DNA of 64,000 nt from an uncultured Lentisphaerales bacterium (lineage in GTDB: Bacteria; Verrucomicrobiota; Lentisphaeria; JABSQK01), in assembly GCA_964384625.1 (NCBI GenBank), contig CAYLNH010000004.1, positions 20,922-84,921 of the forward strand. Reading direction: 5' to 3'. Numbering within the stretch: the stretch's first letter is position 1; each line of letters opens with the position of its first letter. The notes below the pieces were generated by a model. The model had not been told where the DNA came from. It saw only the letters and a list, made by a program, of their open reading frames with translations, and ran no database searches. A program made the position numbers and the translations under genes. Positions 8,807-17,752 of the stretch are shown one piece after another.

Positions 8807-9857
8807 TTCCTTCACGGGCAGTCTCCTTGGGCTCGGCAGCCGGGCTTTCAGGTGGCTCGCGGCCGTCGTCGTCATCATCCTCGCGTAAGGTCCGCATAAA
8901 GAACTCCGTCGGCGTTTCGCCCGGCTTTTCCTTCTGCTCTTCCTCCCCGGCATCCTCTTTGGCGACAGCCGGTTTCGTCCCTGGGCCGAAACTCCGCATA
9001 AACGCCTGGGTCGGCGTCCCGCCCGTATCTTCCCCGCTGTCGTCATCGGTCACACGCCCGCGGAGGTTGCGCATGAGCTTACCGGCCTTCGACTCCGGGT
9101 CGAGTTCCTGCGTGTCGTCCACGACCCGCCGGGCCTTGGCCTGTTCCTGATCCTTCACCGAGGGCGCGGCTTCGACGGCGTCGGCCACGTCCTGCGGGGC
9201 GATCTCATGCTCTTCGACCGGCAGTTGTTCCGGGTTCTCACTGAGGAAGTAGATGATCTCGGCGGCGGCCTTGTCCATTTCAATCAGGATGTTGTCGATC
9301 AACTCGCGGAAGTAATTGTAACTGAGGTAGGTGGGGATGGCGACCGTGAGTCCGGCGGCGGTACTGATCAAGGCGCTCTGCAGGTCGCCGGCCATTTCGG
9401 TCATCGGCATGAAAATACCGGCCTTCGACTGGTCCATGTTCTGCAGAATGGACAGCATACCGATCACCGTGCCCAGCAAGCCGAGCAGCGGCGTCACGTG
9501 AACAATCGTGAGCAGCGCCTTCATGAAGCGCTCGAGTCGAGGCAGTTCGGAGAGACAGGCCTCGCGCGCGGCCCGGTACATCCCTTCCCGGCCCTCTTCG
9601 CAATGCATAATGGCCTGCCGCACGATGTGGGCGGCCGGCCCCGGAGTTTCGTCGCAGATGATCACCGCCTGTTTCACGTCCTGACTGCGCAGCGTGTTGA
9701 TCACACCGGGAAGGAAATCCTGCACATCGATCTGGGATCGACGCAGGCTGAGGAATCGCTCAATCACAATAATCAGGGCGATGACCGCGAAGACCAGGAT
9801 GACGGCCGTCACGAAGCCGCCCTTCATCAACATGTCAATCAATACGGATGCGGACAT
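8796..9857 (-). CDS. exbB: MotA/TolQ/ExbB proton channel with long acidic C-terminal tail
   Basis: TPLLGLLGTVIGM and ALISTAAGLTVAIP motifs. Confidence 0.9.
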   Translation of the reverse strand: MSASVLIDMLMKGGFVTAVILVFAVIALIIVIERFLSLRRSQIDVQDFLPGVINTLRSQDVKQAVIICDETPGPAAHIVRQAIMHCEEGREGMYRAAREACLSELPRLERFMKALLTIVHVTPLLGLLGTVIGMLSILQNMDQSKAGIFMPMTEMAGDLQSALISTAAGLTVAIPTYLSYNYFRELIDNILIEMDKAAAEIIYFLSENPEQLPVEEHEIAPQDVADAVEAAPSVKDQEQAKARRVVDDTQELDPESKAGKLMRNLRGRVTDDDSGEDTGGTPTQAFMRSFGPGTKPAVAKEDAGEEEQKEKPGETPTEFFMRTLREDDDDDGREPPESPAAEPKETAREGSDG

Positions 9858-10116
9858 ATCTTACCTTCCTTGCGAAGCCACGCCGCCGCGCCCGGCGCCA
9901 CGCCGAACGTTCGCAACGGGGTTGCACACGCGCCTCCTGCAGCTATATCCTCTTCGAATCCATACTATAGCGGCGATTCCGCGGTTTGATAAGGCCCGCG
10001 ACCAAAGATTATCGATTCATAGAAATTCAGCTGCAGGTCTGGAAATCTGCCTCCCAACTCACTAGAGTTGTGGCGGTGACAGCCCGGTGCGGTCACCTCA
10101 CACAAGGAGGTCCTTG

Positions 10117-10797
10117 ATGGCTGATGGATGCAATCCGACCGCAGGCGTGGACTGGGAAGATCCAGTTCTCGGCATGCCGTTTGTCTGGATCCCGAGCCTG
10201 AAGGTCTGGGTCGGCCGCTACACCGTCACCAATGCCGAATTCCGCGCCTTCCGGCCGGCCCATTCCAGCGGCGCCTTTGAAGGCCAGTCCCTGGACGGCG
10301 ACCGGCAGCCGGTGGTGATGGTCAGCTTCAACGATGCGATGGACTTCTGCAAGTGGCTGCGGCAAGAGGCCTGCGCCAAGGGCGTGGACGAACGCCTCAT
10401 CGTGCGCCTGCCGAGCCACAACGAATGGACCGCCTTCGCATCCTGCGGCACAATCCGCCGCTACCCCTGGGGCGATGACTGGCCGCCGACCTACGGCAAC
10501 TACGGCGACGAAGCGGCGAAGCGGGTTTTCACCGAGTGGGATATCATCAGCGGCTATGACGACGGCTTTGCGGTGAGCTGTCCGGTGGAGGAGGCGGGAG
10601 CCAACGACTGGGGCCTGTACGGCGTCGCCGGCAACGTCTATGAATGGACGTTCGAAGCCAACGGCACGGGGACGGAACTGCGCGGCGGCTCGTGGAGCAC
10701 CTACCAGAAACCGTACCTGACGCTGGCCAACCGGCTCCCCCGTGAGCCGTCAAGCCGACTGGTCAACTTCGGCTTCCGCATCGTCGTCGGCGACTGA
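10117..10797 (+). CDS. FGE/SUMF1-fold (formylglycine-generating enzyme family) protein
   Basis: VTNAEF, QPVVMVSFNDA, RLPSHNEW, YPWG, NDWGLYGVAGNVYEW, RGGSW, GFR; AAGGAGG RBS. Confidence 0.9.
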   Translation: MADGCNPTAGVDWEDPVLGMPFVWIPSLKVWVGRYTVTNAEFRAFRPAHSSGAFEGQSLDGDRQPVVMVSFNDAMDFCKWLRQEACAKGVDERLIVRLPSHNEWTAFASCGTIRRYPWGDDWPPTYGNYGDEAAKRVFTEWDIISGYDDGFAVSCPVEEAGANDWGLYGVAGNVYEWTFEANGTGTELRGGSWSTYQKPYLTLANRLPREPSSRLVNFGFRIVVGD

Positions 10798-10853
10798 GTC
10801 TGCCGTCGACGCCATTTCCTGTTGTTGCGGCCGGAGTTTGCCGGCAATACCGG

Positions 10854-11912
10854 TCACTCCGTGGGCAGGATCAGACTGCCGCGAACCGAGATGGACCGGA
10901 AGTGACCGCGCTTGCTCTGAAAGGTCAGTTCAACTCTGGTCGGTTGCCGACGCAGCCCCGCGGGAATCTGACGTTGGACAATGACGGTTTCATCGGGATT
11001 GACGATCAGCAGTTCATCGTTGCGTCGGACAACGGAGAAGCGGTTCTTCTTGCCGGTCAGTTGATCAGCCCGGACGGAGAGCTGCTGCTCCCAGAGCTCG
11101 ATCGTCAGCTTGTCGAAGTTCGCATTGGTCCGGAGGGACAGATTCCCGACACAGGTGAACCGGCTGGTCAGCTTCAGCTCTTGCTGGAAGTTCATCGCTC
11201 GCACGGTCCAGGACCGGCCGGCTTTCTTCCGTTCCTTTTCCCAGTACTCAGGTTTGCCTTTGATATCGAAGTGGCGCTTGAGTGTCTTGAAACCTTCGTC
11301 GACGGGGATCGTCAGGTTCAGGGCCATGGGATCGCCGGCCGGTTCGGTCGTTTTCTTGACCGCTCCCGGCGCCTTCGGCGGCTTCTTGCGGCCGTAGACG
11401 ACGTCGAGATCGATCGGGCGGTTCAGCACGGCATCCAGTTCGCCGCCAACGCCGACGGCCTTCAGTTTCTGCAGGCCGAGGATGACGCGATCCTGCTTGG
11501 GAAAGAAATGCTCCAGCGTCAGCAGATAAAGCAGGGCCAGGCGGTTGATCTCGATGTTCCGGTTCGGCAAGTCCAGCAGTTTTTCCGCGCGGCTCAACAT
11601 CACGCTCAGCAGTTTCTGCTCCGTCACGCGCACGCGCTCGGGTTTGAGCTTGATTTCGCGCTCGAGTTTGCCGACCACCAGGAGATAATCTTCGTTCAGC
11701 GGCAGGATGGCTCCGCCGAGACGCAGCAGCACAAGGCCGGACGGATCCGCGGGTCGACGCGCCAGACGATTCCGGCCGACGGCAATGGAGAACTCGGCAA
11801 TCTCTTCATCCAGGGTCTTCTTGTTCTTTGCTGCCGCGTCGAAACGGACACACACCCCCAGGCACGCGAGCAGGACCAGCATCCCCCAGAACTTTCCGGC
11901 GGAACTACCCAT
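10854..11912 (-). CDS. hypothetical secreted protein
   Basis: 352 aa ORF with signal-like N-terminus, co-oriented with neighbours. Confidence 0.7.
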   Translation of the reverse strand: MGSSAGKFWGMLVLLACLGVCVRFDAAAKNKKTLDEEIAEFSIAVGRNRLARRPADPSGLVLLRLGGAILPLNEDYLLVVGKLEREIKLKPERVRVTEQKLLSVMLSRAEKLLDLPNRNIEINRLALLYLLTLEHFFPKQDRVILGLQKLKAVGVGGELDAVLNRPIDLDVVYGRKKPPKAPGAVKKTTEPAGDPMALNLTIPVDEGFKTLKRHFDIKGKPEYWEKERKKAGRSWTVRAMNFQQELKLTSRFTCVGNLSLRTNANFDKLTIELWEQQLSVRADQLTGKKNRFSVVRRNDELLIVNPDETVIVQRQIPAGLRRQPTRVELTFQSKRGHFRSISVRGSLILPTE

Positions 11913-11915
11913 GAT

Positions 11916-12413
11916 CTACTTCTCTTCCGTCGTCTTGATTTCGGGCGCCGGCAGGATACGCAGCGCGCCTTTGTCCTGCACGAATGTCGCCAGCAGTTTG
12001 TGATCTGAACGCACCCAGGAACGATAGCGGATGGTGCTCTGCAGGCGCCTGGCATGGTCTTTGACCGGCAACGGTTTGATTGGTTCCTCGTACGCCGGCG
12101 TCGGATAAAATCGGCCGCCGGCAGTTTCGTGGGCCAGAAGAATCGCCAGAATCTGGGCGATCGAAAGGGTCTTGCCGTCCTTGCCGCGATAGTCCATACT
12201 GAATGCCTTCCCGGCGCGGAAAGATACGGTCACAATCAGGTCGTCCGCAGCGAACACCGCTGCTTTCACTTTGCCGGTGGCCTCGTCAAGGAATTTGTTG
12301 GTCGGTTTGCCGTACTGTTTGATGCACTGCTCGAGCGAATCCCCCCAGTTGGCCCGCACCGGAAAGGCCAGACAGACCAGCACGGCAATCCCGGCCAGAA
12401 CGCGATGGTTCAT
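11916..12413 (-). CDS. hypothetical secreted protein
   Basis: 165 aa; signal peptide ending VRA; AAGGAG RBS. Confidence 0.75.
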   Translation of the reverse strand: MNHRVLAGIAVLVCLAFPVRANWGDSLEQCIKQYGKPTNKFLDEATGKVKAAVFAADDLIVTVSFRAGKAFSMDYRGKDGKTLSIAQILAILLAHETAGGRFYPTPAYEEPIKPLPVKDHARRLQSTIRYRSWVRSDHKLLATFVQDKGALRILPAPEIKTTEEK

Positions 12414-12432
12414 ATTTCGACTCCTTCAGATT

Positions 12433-13215
12433 CTATTTCGACTGGAAAACAGTCAGATTATTCTTCACCAGGATGATTTCAAAGATGGCCTCATAGTCGT
12501 CCGGCTGAATTCCCATGGCTTCACGAAACTGTTTCATCAGCCCCTTTTCCGTACTGCGCAACACGCCGTCCACCATGGAAATCTCCAGCATATTGGCGAT
12601 CAGACAGAGCTTCTGGCTCTGATCATACTCATGACTCAACTGCTCGACCAGACGGACCGTGCCGACGCGCCGCAGGTATTCCAGGCCTCTGGCCACGGTT
12701 TCCGGGCTGTCGACCTGGCGATTCAGCAGTATCAGTTCCTCCGGATCGATATTGCCGTCAACCTGAATCAAGGCGTAGATGGCGGCACAGAATGCGACCA
12801 ACGGATCGAACTCAACGCCCGCAGCGGCCGGCAGCAGCGCTGTCGGCGGCTTGGCCGGCGCTGGCGGCGAGGCCTCCGCCCCTTCATGCTTCAGCGCGGC
12901 AATGGACTGCAGGACCCCCTCGTCCATCGCGGAGAACTTCAGGCTGTAATCACCGGCAGCACAGCGTACCTTGAGATGGGCAAACGGCCGGTCCTCGACG
13001 ACTTCCAGGGCTTCGATCGCGGCAACCGGCAGGCAGTGCTCCTCGATGGTCTCGCCAACGCGCCGGGAAAACAGGTAGAGGTTCGCTTCATCCGTAATGA
13101 TGTAGGTCTCACCGAGATCACCGCTCAGGCTGTTGAGGGACCGGCAACTGGCACAGATTGTGCCGGATTCGCTTTGGGCCTTGAAGCTCTGTTCGATTTC
13201 CAGCGGTAACGTCAT
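12433..13215 (-). CDS. TerB-like domain protein
   Basis: C-terminal ALIQVDGNIDPEE and ISMVDGVLRSTE motifs; start MTLPLE after GGGAG. Confidence 0.75.
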   Translation of the reverse strand: MTLPLEIEQSFKAQSESGTICASCRSLNSLSGDLGETYIITDEANLYLFSRRVGETIEEHCLPVAAIEALEVVEDRPFAHLKVRCAAGDYSLKFSAMDEGVLQSIAALKHEGAEASPPAPAKPPTALLPAAAGVEFDPLVAFCAAIYALIQVDGNIDPEELILLNRQVDSPETVARGLEYLRRVGTVRLVEQLSHEYDQSQKLCLIANMLEISMVDGVLRSTEKGLMKQFREAMGIQPDDYEAIFEIILVKNNLTVFQSK

Positions 13216-13477
13216 GGCAATCACTCCCGTGTTGTCGTCAAGTGGGCCATAACATCGTGGATCTCCGGGAGGAATGCAAGGACTGCCCGCCGCGCAAAAC
13301 TGCGCCCCCGACCCGGATCCGGCCGCGGTTGCCCCGGATTTTGCTTCTGCACCTTGAATCCTGTTGCATTCCCGGCAGTGTAACAACGTGCGGGTCAGGG
13401 CTTTGGTGTGCCCGCATCGCTTTCCTGACTGAAACAGCAGAAGCGTGCAGGCGGGCGTTTTACAGAAGGCAATTGCT

Positions 13478-14536
13478 ATGAGCAAGACGGTCGAAAAACA
13501 TCTGCGCATCGTGGCCAAGGTCCGCAGCGAAATCGTCGGCGGCAAATACCCACCGGACAGCCGGCTGCCGACATCGCGGGAATTGGCGGCCCGATTTAAG
13601 GCCAGCAGCGTCACGGTCAACCATGCCTTGCAGGTTCTGATTGCCGACGGCTTCATCCGCACCAACGGCCGTCACGGCACCTTTGTCGTCAGCAACCCGC
13701 CGCATCTGTTTCGCTACGGGCTGGTGTGTTTCGAGGGAGCCGCAGAGAAGAACCGTTTTTTCCGGTCGCTCCAGGCCGAAGCCGAGCGCTACAAACGCCC
13801 ACAATTGCGGCGCGTGGTCTCCTACCTGGGACTGGATCTCAAGAATGAATATGAGAGCTACGAGCGCCTGCTGGCCGACGTGCAGGCCGAACGGCTAGCC
13901 GGCCTGTTCTTCACGGTGCCCCCGTTCAAGCTCGCGGACACCCCCATACTGACCGCGCCCCGACTGCCGCGGGTGGCCATCATGTCCAAAGGCCCGCATT
14001 TCCCGGATATGCCGCGGATCGCCATGGACAATCGTTGCTTCGTCGACAAAGCCCTGCAGTACCTCGACGGCTGCGGCTGTCGGCGGCCGGCAATCCTGGG
14101 GTCGTCGGCGTTCCTGCAGGGGCACCTCGGGGATCTCGGCGCGGCGTTGGAGCACCATGGTCTGCACGTCCCGGACCATCACCTGCAGAGCGTCCACCTG
14201 GATGCCGCCCCTGCCGCCGATAATCTGGTACAACTGCTGTTCCACCGTGATTTTCCGGATCGCCCCGACGCGTTGTTCATCCTTGACGACAATCTGCTGC
14301 ACGCCGCCGTTGACGGCCTGCGAGCCGCCGGCTGTTCCCCCGATGAAGTACAGGTGATCAGCCATGCCAACTTCCCGATCGACGACCGCCCCGACTTCCC
14401 GGTGAAACTCCTGGGCTATGATGTCGGCAGCATTGTCCGTCGCGCCATCGAGATCATCGACCTCCAACGGCATGGCGAGACCGTCCCGCTGGTGCATTCG
14501 TTTGAGCCGTACTTCGACCACGAGCTCGGCAGCTGA
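13478..14536 (+). CDS. GntR-family HTH + LacI-type sensor domain transcriptional regulator
   Basis: RLPTSRELAARF..TVNHALQVL..GHGTFV-like wHTH; C-terminal RPDALFILDD. Confidence 0.9.
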   Translation: MSKTVEKHLRIVAKVRSEIVGGKYPPDSRLPTSRELAARFKASSVTVNHALQVLIADGFIRTNGRHGTFVVSNPPHLFRYGLVCFEGAAEKNRFFRSLQAEAERYKRPQLRRVVSYLGLDLKNEYESYERLLADVQAERLAGLFFTVPPFKLADTPILTAPRLPRVAIMSKGPHFPDMPRIAMDNRCFVDKALQYLDGCGCRRPAILGSSAFLQGHLGDLGAALEHHGLHVPDHHLQSVHLDAAPAADNLVQLLFHRDFPDRPDALFILDDNLLHAAVDGLRAAGCSPDEVQVISHANFPIDDRPDFPVKLLGYDVGSIVRRAIEIIDLQRHGETVPLVHSFEPYFDHELGS

Positions 14537-14640
14537 CGGCCAGACGAAGTATTGCCTGGCGCCGCGGGATCCGGTTGCACCCCGGCGGTGTCCAACCTAT
14601 TGTATCTTACCTTCGCACCGGGTCGAACTGAGTTGCACCG

Positions 14641-17094
14641 ATGAATCAAGCCGCAGCCGACAAGCCGAAACCGGCGGCACCGCCTGCCAAGCCGCCGCCG
14701 GCACAGCAGCCGGCGCCGCTGCACTGGGCCTATCTGCTGCTGTACATGGTCGGCATCACCGCCGCCCTGTGGCAGCATGGCCAACCGCAACTCACCCTGG
14801 TGCTGCTGATCGCCGCGGGCGTGGTCGGCATTCTGCCGTATGTCCCGGTTCCGCAACTGGGCGATATCAACCGCAAACTGATTCAGCATATGATCTCCGC
14901 CGTCGGCGTGATGTGGATGTTCATCCGACTGAACCACGGAACGCCGGCGGATCTGCTGCTGATCGAGGGGTTCACGATCATCGGGATCAACTTCGGTTTG
15001 GGCCGGTCCCCGAAGGAATTCGGCTATCTGCTCCTGATCGCCGCCACCGACATCGGCTACGGCGCCGTCATCCCGCCGCGCGCCGTTTACGTCTGGATGC
15101 TGCCGATCGGCATCGTGCTCTGCCTGCTGCTGCTCTACCACGGCCGGGCGGCGACGTTGGCCCGGCTGCGACAGATCAGAGCCATACAAACCGTTTCCCG
15201 GCGCAATGCCGTCGTCCTCGGAGCCCATGCCGTTCTGGTGCTCATCGCCTGGATGCTGCTGTTCTCGGTGATGCCGATCCGCAACCGGTCGCCCTGGCAG
15301 CGCGGCGCGGTCAGCAGTTCTTTCACCAGAGACAAACGCAATGAACTGCCCGACGACTTCCAGAAATGGATGACGTCCTCCTTCCAACAGACCGATCCGC
15401 GCGGTCGTCGCGAGACGACGCAGGGCAGTCACCCGACCCACGCGTCACGGCAGGCGAACCAGGTCGTCACCGGTGACGACAGCTCCATGGCCGCCGACGG
15501 CAACGGCGGCGGCAGCCCCGGGAAAGACCTGGTCATGCGGGTCGAGTCGCCGCTCAAGTTGTATTGGCTGGCCGCGCTCTACGATCGCTACGACGGCAAG
15601 ACGTGGCGCGCTACGCGAGCCATGCAGCGACAGACTGTCAACCTGCAGTTCGACCGCCGGCGCCGCGTGCCCGCCGTGCCGCAGCGGTACACCATCGAGA
15701 AGTGGATTTCTCCGGCGTTGTACTCCGCCTTCATGCGGAAACCGGGCACGACGATCGGCAGCCGGGGCGTGCCGACAATCCGGACGTTCTACGGCGAACG
15801 TTTCCTCAAGGGCCGGCGCCTGCCGCGGCTGCCGTTCAACTATTCCGTCCGTTCCGTCGTCGCCGACGCCGCCAGCAATCTCAGCCGCTGGTCCGAACGA
15901 ATCCCGCCCGAACACTACCTGCACCTGCCGGACCTGGATGAACGGATCCATCAGAAGGCGGCGGAACTCACCCGCGACGCCGCCACCCCGCTCGAGCAGG
16001 CGATGGCCCTGCGCGACTACTTCCGCCGTAACTACACGTACAGCCTGGAGACCCGGCGGCCGCCGGAAGACCGCGAAACCGTCGAATACTTCCTCTTCGA
16101 AATGAATGCCGGCCACTGCGAGTACTTCGCCGCCGCACTCGCCGTCATGGGCCGCTGTATCGGCCTGCCCTCCCGCGTCGCGACCGGCTTCGCCCCGGGC
16201 AACTACAACGTCATCAACGGCCGCTTCGAGGTCTACGAATATCATGCACACGCCTGGACCCAGATCTACATTGAAGGCATCGGCTGGCTCACGATCGACG
16301 GAACCCCCGCCGGCGCGCCGCAGATGGAGTCGAAAACCACGCCGCTCGGCATCGGCAGCCTGCGGGATCCGTTCTCCGATGAATGGCGCGTCACCACGCC
16401 GGAACTCGCCAGTGAGACAACCCGATTCGCCGAGACCGAAGAACGCTTTCGCACCAAAGCCCGGGCCGGCGGCGGCGGCGCCGCCGTCGCCCAGGCCATG
16501 GGCAAGCTCCTGGTCGCCACCCAGCGACATAAAATGAGAACCGGCAAGCCGGCGGCGGATGACCCGGAAGAACCGGCGGAACCGGGGGCGCTGAGGCGAA
16601 TTCGCGTGAACCTCGAAAACGCCTTCGAGGATGCCGTCAACCGGATCAAGGCGTTCCTTACCGGCCTGTCGACCCTCGACCTCGTCGCGGCGATCCTGTT
16701 CTGTGTCCTGGTTATTCTGCTCATCGTCCTCTACCCCGTCTGGCGGCGGCGGCGGCGGTTCCAACGGCAACTGCAGCTCTGCGAATCACGCTTCGCGGAA
16801 GCCGAGGCCGCCAGTGCCGACAACGCCGAAGTCTGCATCACGGCCTGCTACAAGATGCTCCGGGACCTCCTGACCCTGGCCGGCATGCCCCGCGATCCCG
16901 CCGAGGAACTGGTCGACTACGCCACCGGCCTGGATCGTCAGGGGCTGGCCTACAGCAAAGATGTGATGGCGGTTTTCGTCACCTATTTCGAGCTCCAATA
17001 CCATCCCGTCAAACCCAGCCTCCGCGAAGCCCACAGCGCCTTCGAACACGCCCGCCAGGCACGCGCCGCGCTTCGCCGGCAACTGGCTGTCTGA
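14641..17094 (+). CDS. TgpA-like membrane transglutaminase-domain protein
   Basis: Multiple TMs; triad motifs GHCEYFA, HAHAW, WLTIDGTP; C-terminal TM and tail. Confidence 0.9.
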   Translation: MNQAAADKPKPAAPPAKPPPAQQPAPLHWAYLLLYMVGITAALWQHGQPQLTLVLLIAAGVVGILPYVPVPQLGDINRKLIQHMISAVGVMWMFIRLNHGTPADLLLIEGFTIIGINFGLGRSPKEFGYLLLIAATDIGYGAVIPPRAVYVWMLPIGIVLCLLLLYHGRAATLARLRQIRAIQTVSRRNAVVLGAHAVLVLIAWMLLFSVMPIRNRSPWQRGAVSSSFTRDKRNELPDDFQKWMTSSFQQTDPRGRRETTQGSHPTHASRQANQVVTGDDSSMAADGNGGGSPGKDLVMRVESPLKLYWLAALYDRYDGKTWRATRAMQRQTVNLQFDRRRRVPAVPQRYTIEKWISPALYSAFMRKPGTTIGSRGVPTIRTFYGERFLKGRRLPRLPFNYSVRSVVADAASNLSRWSERIPPEHYLHLPDLDERIHQKAAELTRDAATPLEQAMALRDYFRRNYTYSLETRRPPEDRETVEYFLFEMNAGHCEYFAAALAVMGRCIGLPSRVATGFAPGNYNVINGRFEVYEYHAHAWTQIYIEGIGWLTIDGTPAGAPQMESKTTPLGIGSLRDPFSDEWRVTTPELASETTRFAETEERFRTKARAGGGGAAVAQAMGKLLVATQRHKMRTGKPAADDPEEPAEPGALRRIRVNLENAFEDAVNRIKAFLTGLSTLDLVAAILFCVLVILLIVLYPVWRRRRRFQRQLQLCESRFAEAEAASADNAEVCITACYKMLRDLLTLAGMPRDPAEELVDYATGLDRQGLAYSKDVMAVFVTYFELQYHPVKPSLREAHSAFEHARQARAALRRQLAV

Positions 17095-17139
17095 CCCGAA
17101 CCGCCGCCGCCAATCCACCGGAAAATCTCCGATTTCCAC

Positions 17140-17168
17140 TTGACACAAACACGTCGGAGGCCGACAAT
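17140..17168 (+). promoter_or_regulatory. sigma70-like promoter TTGACA-N17-GACAAT
   Basis: Perfect -35 with 17-nt spacer in intergenic DNA. Confidence 0.5.
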
Positions 17169-17196
17169 AGCCTTGCACAACATCCCCCCGAAGGCG

Positions 17197-17226
17197 CCCG
17201 GCGCGGATTTACCCGCCGGGTTTTTT
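17197..17226 (+). terminator. intrinsic terminator-like hairpin
   Basis: cccggcg/cgccggg stem followed by TTTTTT. Confidence 0.65.
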
Positions 17227-17264
17227 ATTGCGCTGAAACTACGCAATGGAGAGACGACTGCGGC

Positions 17265-17672
17265 ATGACTGCAAACCGGCATCAACAACTGCTGCGGATC
17301 ACCGTAGCGGTGATCACCATGGCTGTAAGCGGCTGCTTCTGGATAGGCGAAAAGATCGACCCCGCCGCCCTGCCGCCGCCCGCCCTGAAGCACTACGACG
17401 CCGATGTCCTGGTCCGCGTGGATTCGCTCCAGCCGCTGAAGCGTGACGACGTCATCCGCGCCTACAGCGCCGGGGTTGACATCGTCAAAGTGATCCAGGG
17501 TCGGAACTACCTGGCCAAGGGCCAGACCCTCGAGCTCGACGTGGAAGTAAGCTGCGTCAAATACGGCAAGTTGACGGCCGGCGAAACCGTGCGGCTGCGA
17601 CTTCTGCGGGTGCCCGGCAAGACGCCGAGGTTCCGTCTTACCCCCGGCGGCATCCTCCGCGAGTCCCGGTAG
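17265..17672 (+). CDS. hypothetical lipoprotein
   Basis: Hydrophobic N-terminus ending VSGC (lipobox-like). Confidence 0.6.
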   Translation: MTANRHQQLLRITVAVITMAVSGCFWIGEKIDPAALPPPALKHYDADVLVRVDSLQPLKRDDVIRAYSAGVDIVKVIQGRNYLAKGQTLELDVEVSCVKYGKLTAGETVRLRLLRVPGKTPRFRLTPGGILRESR

Positions 17673-17752
17673 CGAACCGCGAGCAGGTCAAGACCGCGCG
17701 CGGCTTTCCGGCAGGTAGCCGGTGCGGCCGGGCCTTTTCGCGATGGGCAGGA

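Noticed and set aside
10117-10797. FGE-fold genes as diversity-generating retroelement targets
   Set aside because: No reverse transcriptase and no template repeat differing at adenines seen in the window
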